From: the human T2T-CHM13v2.0 reference genome, Homo sapiens
Strand: one strand, 5' to 3'
Assembly (NCBI RefSeq): GCF_009914755.1
Contig: NC_060947.1
Length of the DNA: 64,000 bases
Below are positions 13,138-27,500 of the stretch, piece after piece. Below the pieces are notes generated by a model. That model was not told the origin of the DNA. It worked only from the letters and a program-made list of their open reading frames with translations, and ran no database searches. The position numbers and the translations under genes are program-made. Every line of letters starts with the position of its first letter. Within the stretch, counting starts at the first letter, position 1.

Positions 13138-16100
13138 AAGACTATCTTTATTTCACTCATTCTTGAATTGTAGTTTAGTTGGGTATGACATTTCCCCCCA
13201 TTCCCCGAATGCATTAGTGATATGATTCCATTTTTATTGCAGTTGGTGAGAAGTCTGCTGTCAGTTTATTATCCCTTTGATAGCACTGTGTCTTTTCTTT
13301 CTGGTTGATTTTAAGATCTTTCCCCTTTTCTTTGTTGACCTGCACCGGTTCCCCTGTGATTCAGTTTTATTGATTCTTGCTGTGGCTCATGCTTTTAGAA
13401 TACGAGGAACTATGTCTGTTTTCAAATCTGAAAATTTCCAGCCAGTATCCTTTTGATTATTGGTTTACCCCTGCTCTCTTTATTCTCTGATTCTGTCATT
13501 CCTATTAGAGTTTTTTTGGACCTTTGCATCATTTTTCTGTATCTCTTAACCGTTTATACATTTGCTATCTCTCCTTGCTGCCTTCTGAATAATTTCCTTA
13601 CTTCTATCTTCCAGTTCACTAAAGCAGATGAATCTGCTTTTAAACCCATCCTCTGATCTTTTGCTGTCACTGGAAATAATGTCTTTCATTTTCGGAAGTT
13701 CTATTTGGTTCCTTAAAGAAAGAAACCGGCCTCTTCTTTTTCCGTAGAATCTTGATCTTTCTCATATGTTTGGATTCCTTATTGTTTCTAAGTATCTTAT
13801 ACAAACTTATTTTATACTCTCGGTTGGCTCTATTATCTAAAGTTTTTGGTAGTGTAATCCTGCTCATCATTGTGTTTGCTGATACTCAATCACAGGCGGG
13901 TTTTTTTTTTCCTCAGGTGTTTTATAATTTTGTTTGTGAGTTTAGGGATTTGTTCAAACGGCTTCATCTGTGTGACTTCAATGAGGTTTGACTGGGGGTG
14001 TATCTCTGGCTGTTATCTTTTTGATGTTAATGTGTAAGCTTGGGGTTTTCAAGACCTAAATAAGAGGTATTAATTCCAACCCTAGACCTACATGACAATA
14101 GCCTTAGAGTTACAAATGACCAGGGGAAGCATTTTATTTTCTCCCACCAGAACCCATGAAGAAACAAACTCTCTTGTCATCTCACCATGGTGGTGGGAAG
14201 ACTTTTTTTTCCTAGTCCATCCTTTCACTGACTGTGTAGCCCTTGTGAGGCACCAAGGCTTTTCTCCTCTCCCTGGTGGTTATTGAATCCATTCCCCTAC
14301 CACCCTAACATAAATTCAAATGCCCATTGATCTGCTCTTTAGGTTCCTCTTTGTTTTTTGACACCTGAGGGTCAACTTCCACCATAAGTTCATCACATGT
14401 GCATTAAAAGGAATATTTATTAAATTTTATCCTGCCTTTTAAAAGGTGCTTTGTAACAGGAGGGTTTTCAGGTTATCTAGTGTGCACTGTTTCCAGAAAT
14501 GGAAATTGCTTTCCCCTTTAAAACTCCCAGAGCACTAAGAAGCTCCCACAAATTCTCTGGAAGAGGAATGTGATGGGGGCGGGGGAAGACTTTTCATGAA
14601 TATGTAGCCTCAAAGAAAGATTGGTGCTTTGGGGTGCCAGACACTCAATGACAGCTTAAGATGAGTGAGGAAGGGCCTAGGGGTTGAAAGAGCCCTAATT
14701 GCTCAAAGCCACATGTCACAAGAAATTTTGGGAAGAAGAGCCACTTTATGAACTGGTTACCTTCATGGATTTTTCTTCCCTAGGCTCAGAAGTGGAAAAA
14801 TATGAAGATCCATTGCTGATGGGAATCCTGCCCTAAGCAAACGGTGGTGAGACATGGCTGCTTTTAGTGCATTTATTATATGTGACCATTTAAAAGCAGG
14901 TACTGAAGGCTGCAGAAAAGTCACGAGGTGGTACTCAAAATATGGTTATATAGGTAACTGGGTGTGGCTCTTCCCTGAGGCACAAAGAACTGATTTTTTT
15001 TGTGTGCTCTTTGAAAGGAAATGTATAAAGTTGGTATTATGCTTTACTCAGAAAGTTTTTAAGAGGGTTGGGAGTGATGCAATCACTTTAAAATGATATA
15101 CAAGGTTGAACACTCTGCTAAGCTTCAGGTAAGAGTATCCAATTGCCTCTTGGACTTCCCTGCCTGGATGTTCTGTTCCACGTGCACCCCAAACTCAAAT
15201 ATATCCAAGACTGAAAACATCTTCTCTCCAAGCTCTCTCCTCTTCTAATATTCCCTGTGTGAATAAGGTGTGCCCAGTTGACCAAACCAGTAACCTGGGA
15301 GTCATCTTGACAACTTCCTCTCCCTCAACCCCTCTCTCGCAATTAATTGGACACCAAGTTCAGTGGACTCTACCTTCAAAATGCCTCTCAAATCAATCCA
15401 CGTCTCTCCTTGGCATTGCTGTCGGGCAGCAGGGCCCAGGTTCCCACTCCTCTTGGAAATGACAGAGGTCTCGCCTCTTCTGCACCTTCCCCCGAGCTTG
15501 AGGATCTATCCTGTCCAGAAGAAATCCTTTCCCTTTCATATTTCTATAGAATGCTGTCTAACACTTTGAATTCCCTTCAGGCTCTGGGTTTCAGAAATCA
15601 ACACAGAAAGAATGCCGGGCTATTCATTTCCCTCCAGGATGAAGTTAGAATCTTGAGGGCAGCGAGGAAGGCAGGCATATGCATTGTTGCAAACCTTCTC
15701 AAGTGATTCAGATGTGCAGCTCCGGTCAAGAGCCACTGCACAACGTGGTGAGCTATTTGAATACAGGGACCATGCCTTTCAACTTTGTATTCATCAAAAC
15801 ACAACGCAGCCAATACCTGATATAGAATCAGTGCTCAGTAAATGTTCCAGTGAATGAGTGAATACAAGAACTAAAGAATGATATGGTGCAAAGAAATGGA
15901 TGAAAGGGATCTTACGAGCTACTTAGTGCAATCCCTTCATTTTTTTTTTTTTCAGTTGCCGTAGTGTTGGGATTGCTTGAGGCTCCCGGATGTTCACAGG
16001 ATGTCATTTTTGGCAACCACAGACCACTAGTTACCCAGCTTTTTTAGGTGTTGTGTAGCAAGGAGGGATTTCGGGTTATGTAATCTGCAATATTTCCAGA

Positions 16101-16435
16101 AATGGAAATTATTTCTTTTTCCTTTTATGACTCACACAACGTCAGGAAATTTCCACAAAATTCCCAGAAGAACATGATGGAGGAAACCACTTTCCCTATA
16201 TATATTTTAGTGGAATATATTTTATTTTAATGGAACTGCCAGTGAAGCAGTAGATGTGGCCAGCAGACACTGCTTTCCTGGTGTCTCCTGAGAACTCTTT
16301 TCTCTCATTGGTTATTTTCACCTGCCTTCTTCTGCAAGTTCCTTTTTGTTTGGGCTCATTTTCCATTTTCTCTGTATCCAGGTTTGTTGAAAATGCAGGA
16401 GCCAGTGCTTCCCAACCTTCCCTACTCCAAACGCC

Positions 16436-16520
16436 TATGCACACGCACCCACTTGCATGCGTGCACGTACACGTGCATACATATACACCCACACGTACAT
16501 GCGTGTGTGCACACACACTC
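16436..16520. repeat. Alternating purine-pyrimidine (CA/CG/TA) tract, Z-DNA-prone
   Basis: tatgcacacgcacccacttgcatgcgtgcacgtacacgtgcatacatatacacccacacgtacatgcgtgtgtgcacacacac. Confidence 0.75.
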
Positions 16521-17336
16521 CTGGACTCTTGAGAAGCTTTCAAAAGGAACTTATAGATAGGGTGAGGACTTTTACTATTAATTATTAATTATTATTATTA
16601 TTACTTATATCTGAAATATAACATTTTGGACACACGGAAGTGCTCTAACCCCCAAATTCCTGTTTGTCTCTGGAAAGGAGCAGGCAGTCTAGGATGGGCA
16701 GGGACACACAAGACAACTTATCTTTTGCCATATGCATTAGACCTAAAGTATTTACAAAGCAAAAGAGGCAGCTGTGGCGAGACAGAAAAAGCCCTGGATT
16801 CAGAATTAAAACAGCTGGGTTAGAGTACTGGCTCTGTCACTTGCTCTCTAACTCTCAGTTTCCTCATCTGTAAAATCGGGGCAATGGTACTACTTCATAT
16901 TAATACAACCTCAGCTGCAAAAGACTGGTTTAGGTACCCTTGTTCTGAGCTCCCACAGACTCCTTGTGCTTACCTGGTGTTAACATTGGCTGTTAATACA
17001 TGTGTCTCCCGTGGTACAAGGAGATCTTGAGGGCAGAAATTCTATTTGTCTGGCCTCCAGCGTGCCTGCCCTCAGTGCACAGCAGAATGGTCAATGAATG
17101 TTGGTTGAGTGAATGAAGAACAATCGGACATTTGCATGTTTTTGTGTGTATAATTCCTGTTGTACTATCATCGGTAGACCGCCAGGATAGTACAAATCTA
17201 TTTTTATTGTATGTAAATTTGACATATAGACATTCCAAATTAACAGGAGTTGATTCGCTCCCCATGTTACCTAACAACTAGTTTCGGAATGTTGTTGGAT
17301 CCCTTTAGGAGAATATTTCAGTACATTTGCTCCCCT

Positions 17337-17371
17337 GGTTAGGGTTAGGGGTTAGGGTTAGGGTTAGGGTT
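17337..17371 (+). repeat. Short interstitial telomeric sequence (TTAGGG)5
   Basis: gg-ttaggg-ttaggg-g-ttaggg-ttaggg-ttaggg-tt. Confidence 0.95.
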
Positions 17372-20300
17372 GTGTTCCCAGCACAAGCGTCTCCTCAATA
17401 ATAAGCCTTCACGTGTGTGCACCGGCACTTTAAAGAGTTGTTGTTGTTGTTGTTTTAAAGGTGTTTTCTCGTACACTGACTTATATGCTCCTCACGAGAA
17501 CCCCATGAGACAGGCAGGAAAGGTGTTCCTGCTACCACTTGATGGATGAAGAAACCAATGTTCAGAGACGTTAACTGAGTCACTACACACCACATCAAGA
17601 GCAAGTTTGTTTCAGAGCTGGGCCTCAAACAGAATCGGGTTTCTCATTTCACAGTCTGGTGTTTTTTACACAATCCATTTGTTCAACCCGGCTGCAATTT
17701 GTGATGTTGCTTCAGTGATATTTTTTGCATCTCATCCTATTCCTGCTTCACAACTGCACCTCCTACCACTTGCCTCAGCATACTCTCAACCGGGGCTTCT
17801 CAGGTGCTCAACCAGGGCCTCTCCCTCTACCCTGAACATGTCCTCTTGCAATTTCCTGCCTCTGGATCTTTGCATCTGTTTTCACCTCTTGGTGGGCACC
17901 CCTTCCCCACCCCCACGTCACTGCAGGTTGAAAGAAACCCTAGGCATCCTCTCGGTTTCAACTCAAAGACCACCTAACTTCATGAAACCTCTGCAGATGG
18001 GCCCTGCTGGATGAGATCTCTCTGCCCTTGAATGCACAGAGCAGTCCATGTCTTGTTCTATATCCATTTCCATACCTGCTTCATTCCCTTCTCTACAGTG
18101 TCCCTTGCTCCGTGTTCTCACAGCCCCCTGTGCTCAGTTTTCACAGCACATATTGCCCTATGTTGTGAGCCTGCTTTCGTCCTGTGACTGTGAGCTCCTT
18201 GAGGACTGGAACCTTGTCTGACTTATCTCGGTATCTCCAGCACGCAGCACAGTGCCGGAACACAGTAGTTGCTCCAAAAAATGTTGGATGAATGAGTGGA
18301 TGGATGAATGAACACTACCCCACACAACGCCTTGGATATAGTGGCTGCAAAATAATAATGGATCAAATTGAGTCTATAACCAGATCTCATTTCTTTTCAT
18401 CCTATCTCAGTGAAAGATGAAGGTGCTTTCTTCTGACTCAGGCTGTCACTTCCACTCCTGCTCTGGGTTCGATCCCATCCTGCCTCCCCAGGTGCCTCAC
18501 TCCATCAATTACCTCTTCTCTCAAGAATGTCTAATCTCTCCGTCTTCTCTGCCTGGCTCCTTTCCTTGCAGTAACTAAAATGCTCAGGTCTCTCCTCCTA
18601 TTCCAAAAATAAGTACCCTCAATTGAATGGGTGTCTTCTTCCTCACAGTATCAAGATATGTACCTCATCGGGGAGTAACCCAGCTGAGTGAGCCCTTTAC
18701 TGGGGAGCCTTCAGTGTGAGTCTCCTTAGATCTTTTTCTCTTAGGTTGGTCAGATGGCTCACAGAAGACTCTTCCAGCTGCCAGAAGTTTAGGGGCAGGG
18801 GCAGGGAAGAAGACTGGGAGTTCACAGCTTTCAGGACACATGCTTCCACTCAACACCCCTGTTTTCAGTACAGGACCCCAGCCCTCAACTAAGTCTGCGA
18901 ACTCCCCATCCAGAGACCCTCTGCTTTACCCTCTCCAGGGAATAACACTCCAGGCTTCTGTCAGAGCAGGGAAGGGCCAGCCCCTCACTGGCATTGACAG
19001 CAGGAGGGGATTTGGCAATGAATCTACTTCTTAAAAGAGTTTTCAAACAGCCTTCATTATTTTGATACCCACCCCCCTTCACTTCCAGAGGTAACTCCAC
19101 TTCCAGAGTTACCTTGGTCCAGCCTTTGAAGATTCCTGGGGGTGAGGAGTAAATCAAGTTAGCTTTTTGCTTTTCCCACTAAGGTCTCAGAATTCCTAGT
19201 TTGTGGCCTTCTTGGATCTGCTAAGTCAGTTGCCACTCATCCATCTGTTCTTCAGCATCCAAAATTTAGTTGTTGCCTCCTTTCCTGTTCTTCAACCCTT
19301 TTTATTTCATCTTCACTCCTATCCTTCTAATCCTTTCAAAAATCACATTTGTAGCAGTTCCAGTGGGGTTTTGGGAGATGGTGAAGTTAGATGTGGAAGT
19401 ATGTGCTCCACCTTAACTATGCATCATCACGAGCATGGGTGTCTGCCTGCCTGTCTCATTGATTCTACACACCTTCATTACCACACCACTCTCCCTAAAA
19501 CTCTCCAGACTCAGCTTTTCTCATCTGGCTCTCTGACCTGTTCCCTGACCATTCTGTTCTTTCAGCTCTCAGCCTTCGGACTGCCAAAACCCCAAGCCAA
19601 CTTCCTATCCAGGAACCCTCCGGCCTAGAAGTTCAGATGTCTTGCCAATATATCTGTGCTTCACAACTTGCCTACTCTCTCTGACCCCTAACATTTTCAC
19701 ATACTTTTCCAATTCTGCCTGTCATAAATTTGCTGCTTCCCCCTAAGTAGAATGTTGATTCCTGTCAAACACACAGCCTAGCCCTGATTCCTCCTCTTCT
19801 CTCAAGCAGTGATATTGTCAACAATGATAAACAACTACTATGTACTGAGTGTTTTTTTATGTGCTGCTCACACTTTATACACATGTATAGATTCATTCTT
19901 CATCATAGATTTTTCAGCTAGCTGGCATTTATTAGCCCCACTTTGCATATGTAGGAACACAGGCTCAAGGAAAGAAAGCAACTTCCCACAATTTCCCAGG
20001 CTAGTAAAAGTCAGAGATGGAATTCAAGCCCAGATCATTCCAAGTTTGTGCTCTTCCTGTGACACGACACTGCCTCAGTCAAGGCATCAGAGAGGAAGTT
20101 AGAAAGCAGATGGTGAGAGGGAGTACCTGAATTGGAGGGAGTACCTGAATTGGAGGGAGTGGCCACCATCAGTGGGTAGACCATGGAGAAAGATGGGGCT
20201 AACAGAGAAAAACCTTCACTGAGTTCACAGTTTTACACAGCATTAGCCCTTGTGATCTTTAGTCGTGCAGGGGATAAATTACCGTGCCTGCCTGCCCACA

Positions 20301-21230
20301 CAGAAAGTAAGCTAGAACACCACTACTAATCTATATGATATACACCAACATGGCTTAAGACGATTTATTGCAACTGTAAAAAAATGCGCCCCCCCCCTTT
20401 TTTTTCCAGAAAGGAAGCGTGGATTGCATTAATCAAGCTAAAGACTTTTATACTTCTTTACAGTCTGACACAAAAACAGACAGTCATAAAGATAAGCCCG
20501 AATCATCAAGAAAGTGCACAGTAGTATTTTGCAAACCCAATTTAGGGAATCAGGGAAGAGTAAAATCCACATGGATAAGGTTTCCCCTTACTTCCCATTC
20601 GTGATGGTACAGTGAGTTCATGTTATGGAACGCCCACTGCTCCAAACACATGGCAATGATGGACAAAATATAAAAAGGTAAACTCAAAAAGGCATGGCCA
20701 AGACAAAACAAACAAAACAAAACAAAAACAAAAGATAATTGTCTCCATGTTGAAGTACTAGGCTTGTTGCTCTGGAAGCAAACCATGGTAACCAGAAGCT
20801 AAGCTCCTGCAATGTATAGCGGTTCCAAAGTACCCTGAGCAAGATGGAAGACAAAAGCCATACTCACAGATTAAAGCCCAGGACTAGAATGGAGCTACCC
20901 ACAAACCCACCAACCCCTGACTGTAAGTCTGACAAAAAAGAACTACCACCAAACTCTGCCAGGGTCTTTGGTTCTGATGAGCTGCAGGCTTAAGGAGGTG
21001 AGGATGCAGACATGTTCTGGCCTCGTAACTAAGAGTTGAGCTAATCCACAGCTGAGCTAAGTGAGTGGATTTCCAATATGCCCAAGAGCACCCTGGGGCC
21101 AGTGATATGGATATGTTCTATCAAAGGGTTTTGAGCCTAACAACTGACTGGTATTTTTCAAGAGAAAAAACAGTACTGAATAGGTTAATTTCCTTCCATT
21201 CTTGGAAGAGGCAAAATTAGAAATGATGAA

Positions 21231-21542
21231 TTTTTTTTTTTTTTTTTTTTGAGACATGGTCTTGCTCTGTTACCCAGGCTGGAGTGCAGTGGCGTGATCA
21301 TAGCTCACAGTAGCCTTGAACTGCTGGGCTCAAGAGATCCTCCCACCTCAGCTTCCCGAGTAGCTGGGACTGCAGGCACTCATGACTCCACCCAACTAAC
21401 TTTTCTTTTAATTCTATTTTTTTGTAGAAACGGGGTCTTGCTTTGCTGCTCAGGCTGGTTTCAAACTCCTGACCTCAAGCGATCCTCCTGCCTTGGCCTC
21501 CAAAAGTGCTGGGATTACAGGCGTGAGCCACGGCACCTGGCT
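21231..21542 (-). mobile_element. AluJ-type element
   Basis: Poly-T then antisense Alu (gagacatggtcttgctctgttacccaggctggagtgcagtgg ... gctgggattacaggcgtgagccac); J-type ctgggctcaagagatcctcccacctcagc. Confidence 0.9.
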
Positions 21543-21598
21543 AGATTTTGCTTTTAAGTTTGAAATGCTTTATTTAGAGTTTATTAGCCACTAACTCC

Positions 21599-24500
21599 TT
21601 TTTTTTTTTTTTTTTTAAACTTTTAAGTTCAGGGGTACAAGTGCAGGTTTGTTACATAGGTAAACTTGTGTCATAGGGGATTTGTTGCATAGATTATTTC
21701 ATCACCCAGGTGTTAAGCTTAGTACCCATTAGTTGTTTTTCTTGATCCTCTCCCTCCTCACACCCTCTATCCTCCAAAAGGCCCCAGTGTGTGTTGTTCC
21801 CCTCTATGTGTCCATATGTTCTCATCATTTAACTCTCACTTATAAGTGAGAACATGCAGTATTTGGTTTTCTCTTTCTGTGTTGGTCTGCTAAGGATAAG
21901 GGCCTCCAGCTCCATCCATGTCCCTGCGAAGGACATTATCTCATTCTTTTTCACGGCTGCATAGTATTCCATGGTGTATATGTACCACATTATCTTTCTC
22001 CAGTCTGTCACTGTTGGGGATTTAGGCTGATTCCATGTCTTTGCTATTGTGAGTAGTGCTGCAATGAGCATACACATGCATGTGTCTTTGTAACAGAATG
22101 ATTTTTAGTCCTTTGGGTGTAGACCCAGTAATGGGATTGCTGGGTTGAATGGTATTTCTGTCTTTAGGTCTTTGAGGAATCACCACACTGTCTTCCACAG
22201 TGGCTGAACTTGTTTACAATCCCACAGACAGTGTATAAGCATTCCTTTTTCTCCACAGCCTCGCCAGCATCTGTTATTTTTTGACTTTTTAATAATGGCC
22301 ATTTTGGCTAATATTAGTTGGGATCTCATTGTGGTTTTGATTTGCATTTCTCTAATGATCAGTGATGTTGACCTTTTTTTTTCATATGATTGTTGGCTGC
22401 ATGTATGTCTCCTCTTGAAAAGTGTCTGTTCATGTCCTTTTCCCACTTTTTTATGGGATTGTTTGTTTTCCTGTAAATTTGTTTAAGTTCTTTATAGATG
22501 CTGGATATTAGACCTTTGTCAGATGCATAGTTTGCAAATATTTTCTCCCATTCTGTAGGTTGTCTGTTTACTCTGTTGATAGTTTCTTTCACTGTGCACA
22601 GCTCTTTAATTTTATTAGACCCCATTTGTCAATTTTTTGCTTTTGTTGCAATTGCTTTTGGCGTCTTCATCATGAAATCTTTGCCCATGCCTATGCCCTG
22701 AATGGCATTGCCTAAGTTGTCTTTCAGAGTTTTCATAGTTGGGGGTTTTACATGTCAGTCTTTAATCCATCTTGAGTTAATCTTTGTATATAGTGTAAGC
22801 AAGGGAGCCGGTTTTCATCTTCTGCACATGGCTAGCCAGTTATCCCAGCACCATTTATTGAACCGGGAATCCTTTCCCCATTGCTTGTTTTTGTCAGGTT
22901 TGTCGAAGATCAGTTAGTTGTAGGTGTGTGGTCTCATTTCTCGGTTCTCTGTTCTGTTCCATTTGTCTATGTGTCTGTTCTTGTACCAGCACCATGCTGT
23001 TTGGGTTACTGTAGCCTTGTAGCATAGTTTGAAGTCAGGTAGCATGATGCCTCCAGCTTTGTCCTTTTTGCTTAGGATTGCCTTCGGTATTCGGGCTTTT
23101 TTTGTTTTTTGGTTCCATATGAATTTTAAAATAGTTTTTTTTTTCTCGTTCTGTGAAGACTGTCAATGGTAGTTTAATGGGAATAGCATTGAATCTATAA
23201 ATTGCTTTGGGCAGTATGCCCATTTTAATACTGATTCTTCCTATCCATGAGCTTGGAATGTTTTTCCATTTTTTTGTGTGTCATCTCCGATTTCTTTGAG
23301 CGGTGGTTTGTAGTTCTCCTTGTAGAGATCTTTCACCTCCCTAGTTAGCTGTATTCCTAGGTATTTTATTCTTTTTGTAGCAATTGTGAATGGGAGTTCA
23401 TTGCTGATTTGGCTGTCGGCTTTACTGTTGCTGGTGTATAGGAATGCTAGTGATTTTTGCACATTGATTCTGTACCCTGAGACTTTGCTGAAGTTGTTTA
23501 TCAGCTTAAGAGGCCTTTGGGCTGAGACAACGGGGTTTTCTAGATATAGGATCATGTCATCTGCAAGCAGGGATAGGTTGACTTCCTCCCTTCCAATTTG
23601 GATGCCCTTTATTTCTTTCACTTGCCTGATTGCCCTGGCCAGAACTTCCAATACTATGTTGAATAGGAGTGGTGAGAGAGGGCATCCTTGTCTTGTGCCG
23701 GTTTTCAAGGGGAATGCTTCCAGCTGTTGTCCATTCAGTATGATGTTGGCTGTGCGTTTGTCACAGATGGCTCTTATTATTTTGAGGCATGGTCCTTCAA
23801 TACCTAGTTTATTGAGAGTTTTTAACATGAAGCGATGTTGAATTTTATCAAAAGCCTTTTCTGCATCTATTGAGATAATCATGTGGTTTTTGTCTTTAGT
23901 TCTGTTTATGTGATGAGTCACATTTATTGATCTGCATATGTTGAACCAACCTTGCATCCCAGGGAGGAAGCCAACTTGATCGTGGTGGATAAGCTTTTTG
24001 ATGTGCTGCTGGATTCAGTTTGCCAGCATTTTGTTGAGGATTTTTGCATTGATGTTCATGAAGGATACTGGCCTGAAGTTTTCTTTTGTTGTTGTATCTC
24101 TGCCAGGTTTTGGTTTCAGGATGATGCTGGCCTCATAGAATGAGTTAGGGAGGAGTCCCTCCTTCTCAATTTTTTGAAATAGTTTCAGTAGGAATGCTAC
24201 CAGTTCCTCTTTGTACATCTGGTAGAATTCAGCTGTGAATCCATCTGGTCCTGGGATTTTTTTGGTTGGTAGGCTATTTATTACTGCCTCAATTTCCAAA
24301 CTCATTACTGGTCTGTTCAGGGATTCAGTTTCTTCCTGGTTCAGCCTTGGGGAGGTGTGTGTGTCCAGGAATTTGTCCATTTCTTCTAGACTTCCTAGTT
24401 TATGTGCCCAGAGGTGTTCACAATATTCTCTGGTGGTTGTTTGTATTTCTGTGGGGTCAGTGATAAATATTCCCCTTATCATTTCTGATTGTGTTTATTC

Positions 24501-27500
24501 AAATCTTCTCTCTTTCCTTCTTTATTCGTCTAGCTAGCGGTCTATTTTATTACTTTTTTTCAAAGAAAAAAAAAACAGCTTCTGGATTCTTTCATTTTTT
24601 GAAGGGTTTTTCATGTCTCTGTCTCCTTCAGTTCAGCTCTGATTTTTGTTATTTCTTGTCTTCTGCTAGTTTTGGGATTTGTTTGCTCTCGCTTCTCTAG
24701 TTCTTTTAGTAGTGATGTTAGGTTATTAACTTGAGATCTTTCTAACTTTTTGATGTGGGCATTTAGTGCTATAAATTTCCTTCTTAACACTGCCTTTGCT
24801 GTATCCCAGAGATTCTGGTACTTTGTATCTTTGTTCTCATTAGTTTCATAGAACTTCTTGATTTCTGCCTAAATTTCATTGTTTACCCAAAAGTCATTCA
24901 GGAGCAGGTTATTCAATTTCCATGTAATTGCATGGTTTTGAGTGAATTTCTTAATCTTGATTTCAAATTTGATTCTTCTGTGGCCCAAGAGACTGTTTGT
25001 CATGATTTCAGTTCTTTTGCATTTGTCGAGGAGTGTTTTACTTCTGATTATGTGGTCGATTTTAGAGTAAGTGCCTTGCGGTGATCAGAAGAATGTATAT
25101 TCTGTTGTTTTGGGGTGGAGAGTTCTGTAGATATCCACCAGGTCCATTTGATCCAGTGCTGAGTTCAGGTCCTGAATATCTTTGTTAACTGTCTGTCTCA
25201 ATGATCTGTCTAATATTGTCAGTGGGGTGTTAAAAAGTCTCCCACTATCATTGCCTGGCAGTCTAAGTCTCTGTGAAGGCCTCTAAGAACTTGCTTTATA
25301 AATCTGGGTGCTCCTGTGTTGGGTCCATATGTATTTAGGATAGTTAGATTTTCTTGTTGAATTGAACCATTTACCATTATGTAATGCCCTTCTTTGTGTT
25401 TTTTGATCTTTGTTGATTTAAAGTCTGTTTTGTCAGAAACTAGGATTGCAACTGCTACTTTTTTATGTTTTCCGTTTGCTTGGTAGATTTTCATCCATCT
25501 TTTTATTTTGAGCCTATGTGTGTCATTGCATGTGAGATGGTTCTCTTGAAGACAGCATACCATTGGATCTTAGTTCCTTATCCAGCTTGCTACTCTGTGT
25601 CTTTTAATTGGGGCATTTAGCCCATTTACAATTTAAGGTTAGTATTGGTATGTTTGGATTTGATCCTTTCATCATGATGCTAGCTGGTTATTTTGCAGAC
25701 TTGCTTACATGTTTGCTCTGTAGTGTCACTGGTCTGAGTACTTCAGTGTGTTTTTGGAGTGGCTGGTAACCATCTTTCCTTTCTACATTTAGTGCTTCCT
25801 TCAGGAGCTCTTGTAGGGCAGGTCTGGTGGTAACAAATTCCCTTAACATTTGCTTGTCTGAAAATAATCTTATTTCTTCTTCGCTTGTGAAGCTTACTTT
25901 GGCCAGATATGAAATTCTGGGTTGGAGTTTCTTTAAGAATGTTGAGTATTGACCCCCAATCTCTTCTGGCTTGTAGGTTTTCCACTGAGACATCCACTGT
26001 TAGTCTGAAGGGCTTCCCTTTGTAGGTGACCTGGCCTTTCTCTCTAGCTGCCTTTAACATTTTTTCTTTCGTTTCAACCTTGGAGAATCTGATGATTATG
26101 TGTGTTGGGGATGTTCCTTTCGTGGAGTATCTTCCTGGAGTTCTCTGGATTTCCTGAATTTGAATGTTGGCCTCTCTAGCTAGGTTAGGGAATTTCTCAT
26201 AGATGATATCCTGAAATGCGTTTTCCAAATTGGTTCCGTTTTCCCCATCTCTTTCAGGGACACCAATCAGTCTTAGATTCGCTCTCTTTACATGATCCCA
26301 TATTTCTCGGAGGTTTTGTTCATTGCTTTTCATTCTTTTTTCTCTATTCTTGTCTGCCAGTCTTATTTCAGAAAGCCAGTCTTCAAGCTCTGAAATTCTT
26401 TCCTCCGCTTTGTCTATTCTGCTATTAGTACTTGTGATTGCATTATGAAATTCTTGTAGTGTGTTTTTTCAGTTCCGTCAGGTTGGTTACATTCTTCTCT
26501 ATATGGGCTATTTTGTCTGTCAGCTCCTGCAATGTTTTATCATGATTTTTAGCTTGCTTGCATTGGGTTACAATGTACTCTTTTAACTCAGTGAAGTTCA
26601 TTCCTATCCATATTCTGAATTCTACTTATGTCATTTCAGCCATCTCAGCCTCAGCCCAATTCCGAACCCTTGCTAGAGAGGTGATGCAGTCATTTGGAGG
26701 AAAGAGGGCACTCTGGCTTCTTGAGTTTTCAGCATTCTTGCACTGATTCTTTCTCATCTTTGTGGGCTTATCTACCTTCAGTCTTTGAGGTTGCTGACCT
26801 TTGGATTTTTTTTTTCTTTTAACAGTCTGGCCATGTTTCTGTAGGGCTGCTGTACTTTGCTGGGCTTCTTCTCCAGTTCCTAGTCTCCTTGGATTTTCCA
26901 GTACCTGGAGCTATCACCAGTGAAGGCTGTGAAACAGCAAAGATGTCATCCTGCCTCTTCCTCTGGGAGCTCCGGCCCAGCGAGGTACAGACCTGTTGCC
27001 AGCCCAAATGCGCCTGCAGGACAAGGCTGGAGACCCTGGTTGGGAGGTCTCACCCAGTCAGGAGGAACGGGATCAGGGAACTGCTTAAAGAAGCAGTCTG
27101 TCCATGCTTTCACAGATCAGCTGTGCTGTGCTGGGGCACTGCTTCCACCCCTGGTTGGTGTGGGCTCTCCAAAGCCTGGAGGCCGGAACAGCTAAGTCGC
27201 CCAAACAGCAAAGATGGTGGCCCCTCCCTCCCTCCGGGAACTCTGTCCCAGGGAGAATTCAAATCTCTGTCAGCCAGAGAACACCAGTAGGGGTTGCTGG
27301 AGGCCTTGGTTGAAAAGTCCCACCCAGTGAGGAGGAACAGATTGGGCACCTGCTTAAAGAAGCAGTCTGGCCATGCTTCTGAAGAGCAGCTGTGCTGTGC
27401 TGTTCTGGGGTACCACTTCTGGGAGCTCTGTCCCAGAGAGCAGCCTGCCCTTCCCCCTGGGACCTCCGTCCCAGGTAGGTGCAACACTGCTGCTGGTGGC

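Noticed and set aside
21249-21557. 102-aa ORF (also 34666..35064)
   Set aside because: Alu-derived reading frames
23241-26333. RT-, EN- and ORF1-like ORFs suggesting a second active element
   Set aside because: Fragmented by frameshifts and stops; dead L1PA
27020-27480. Internal direct repeat (…cacccagtNaggaggaac…ctgcttaaagaagcagtctg…) in the old L1 5'UTR
   Set aside because: Most likely an intrinsic feature of older L1PA 5'UTRs rather than a locus-specific event
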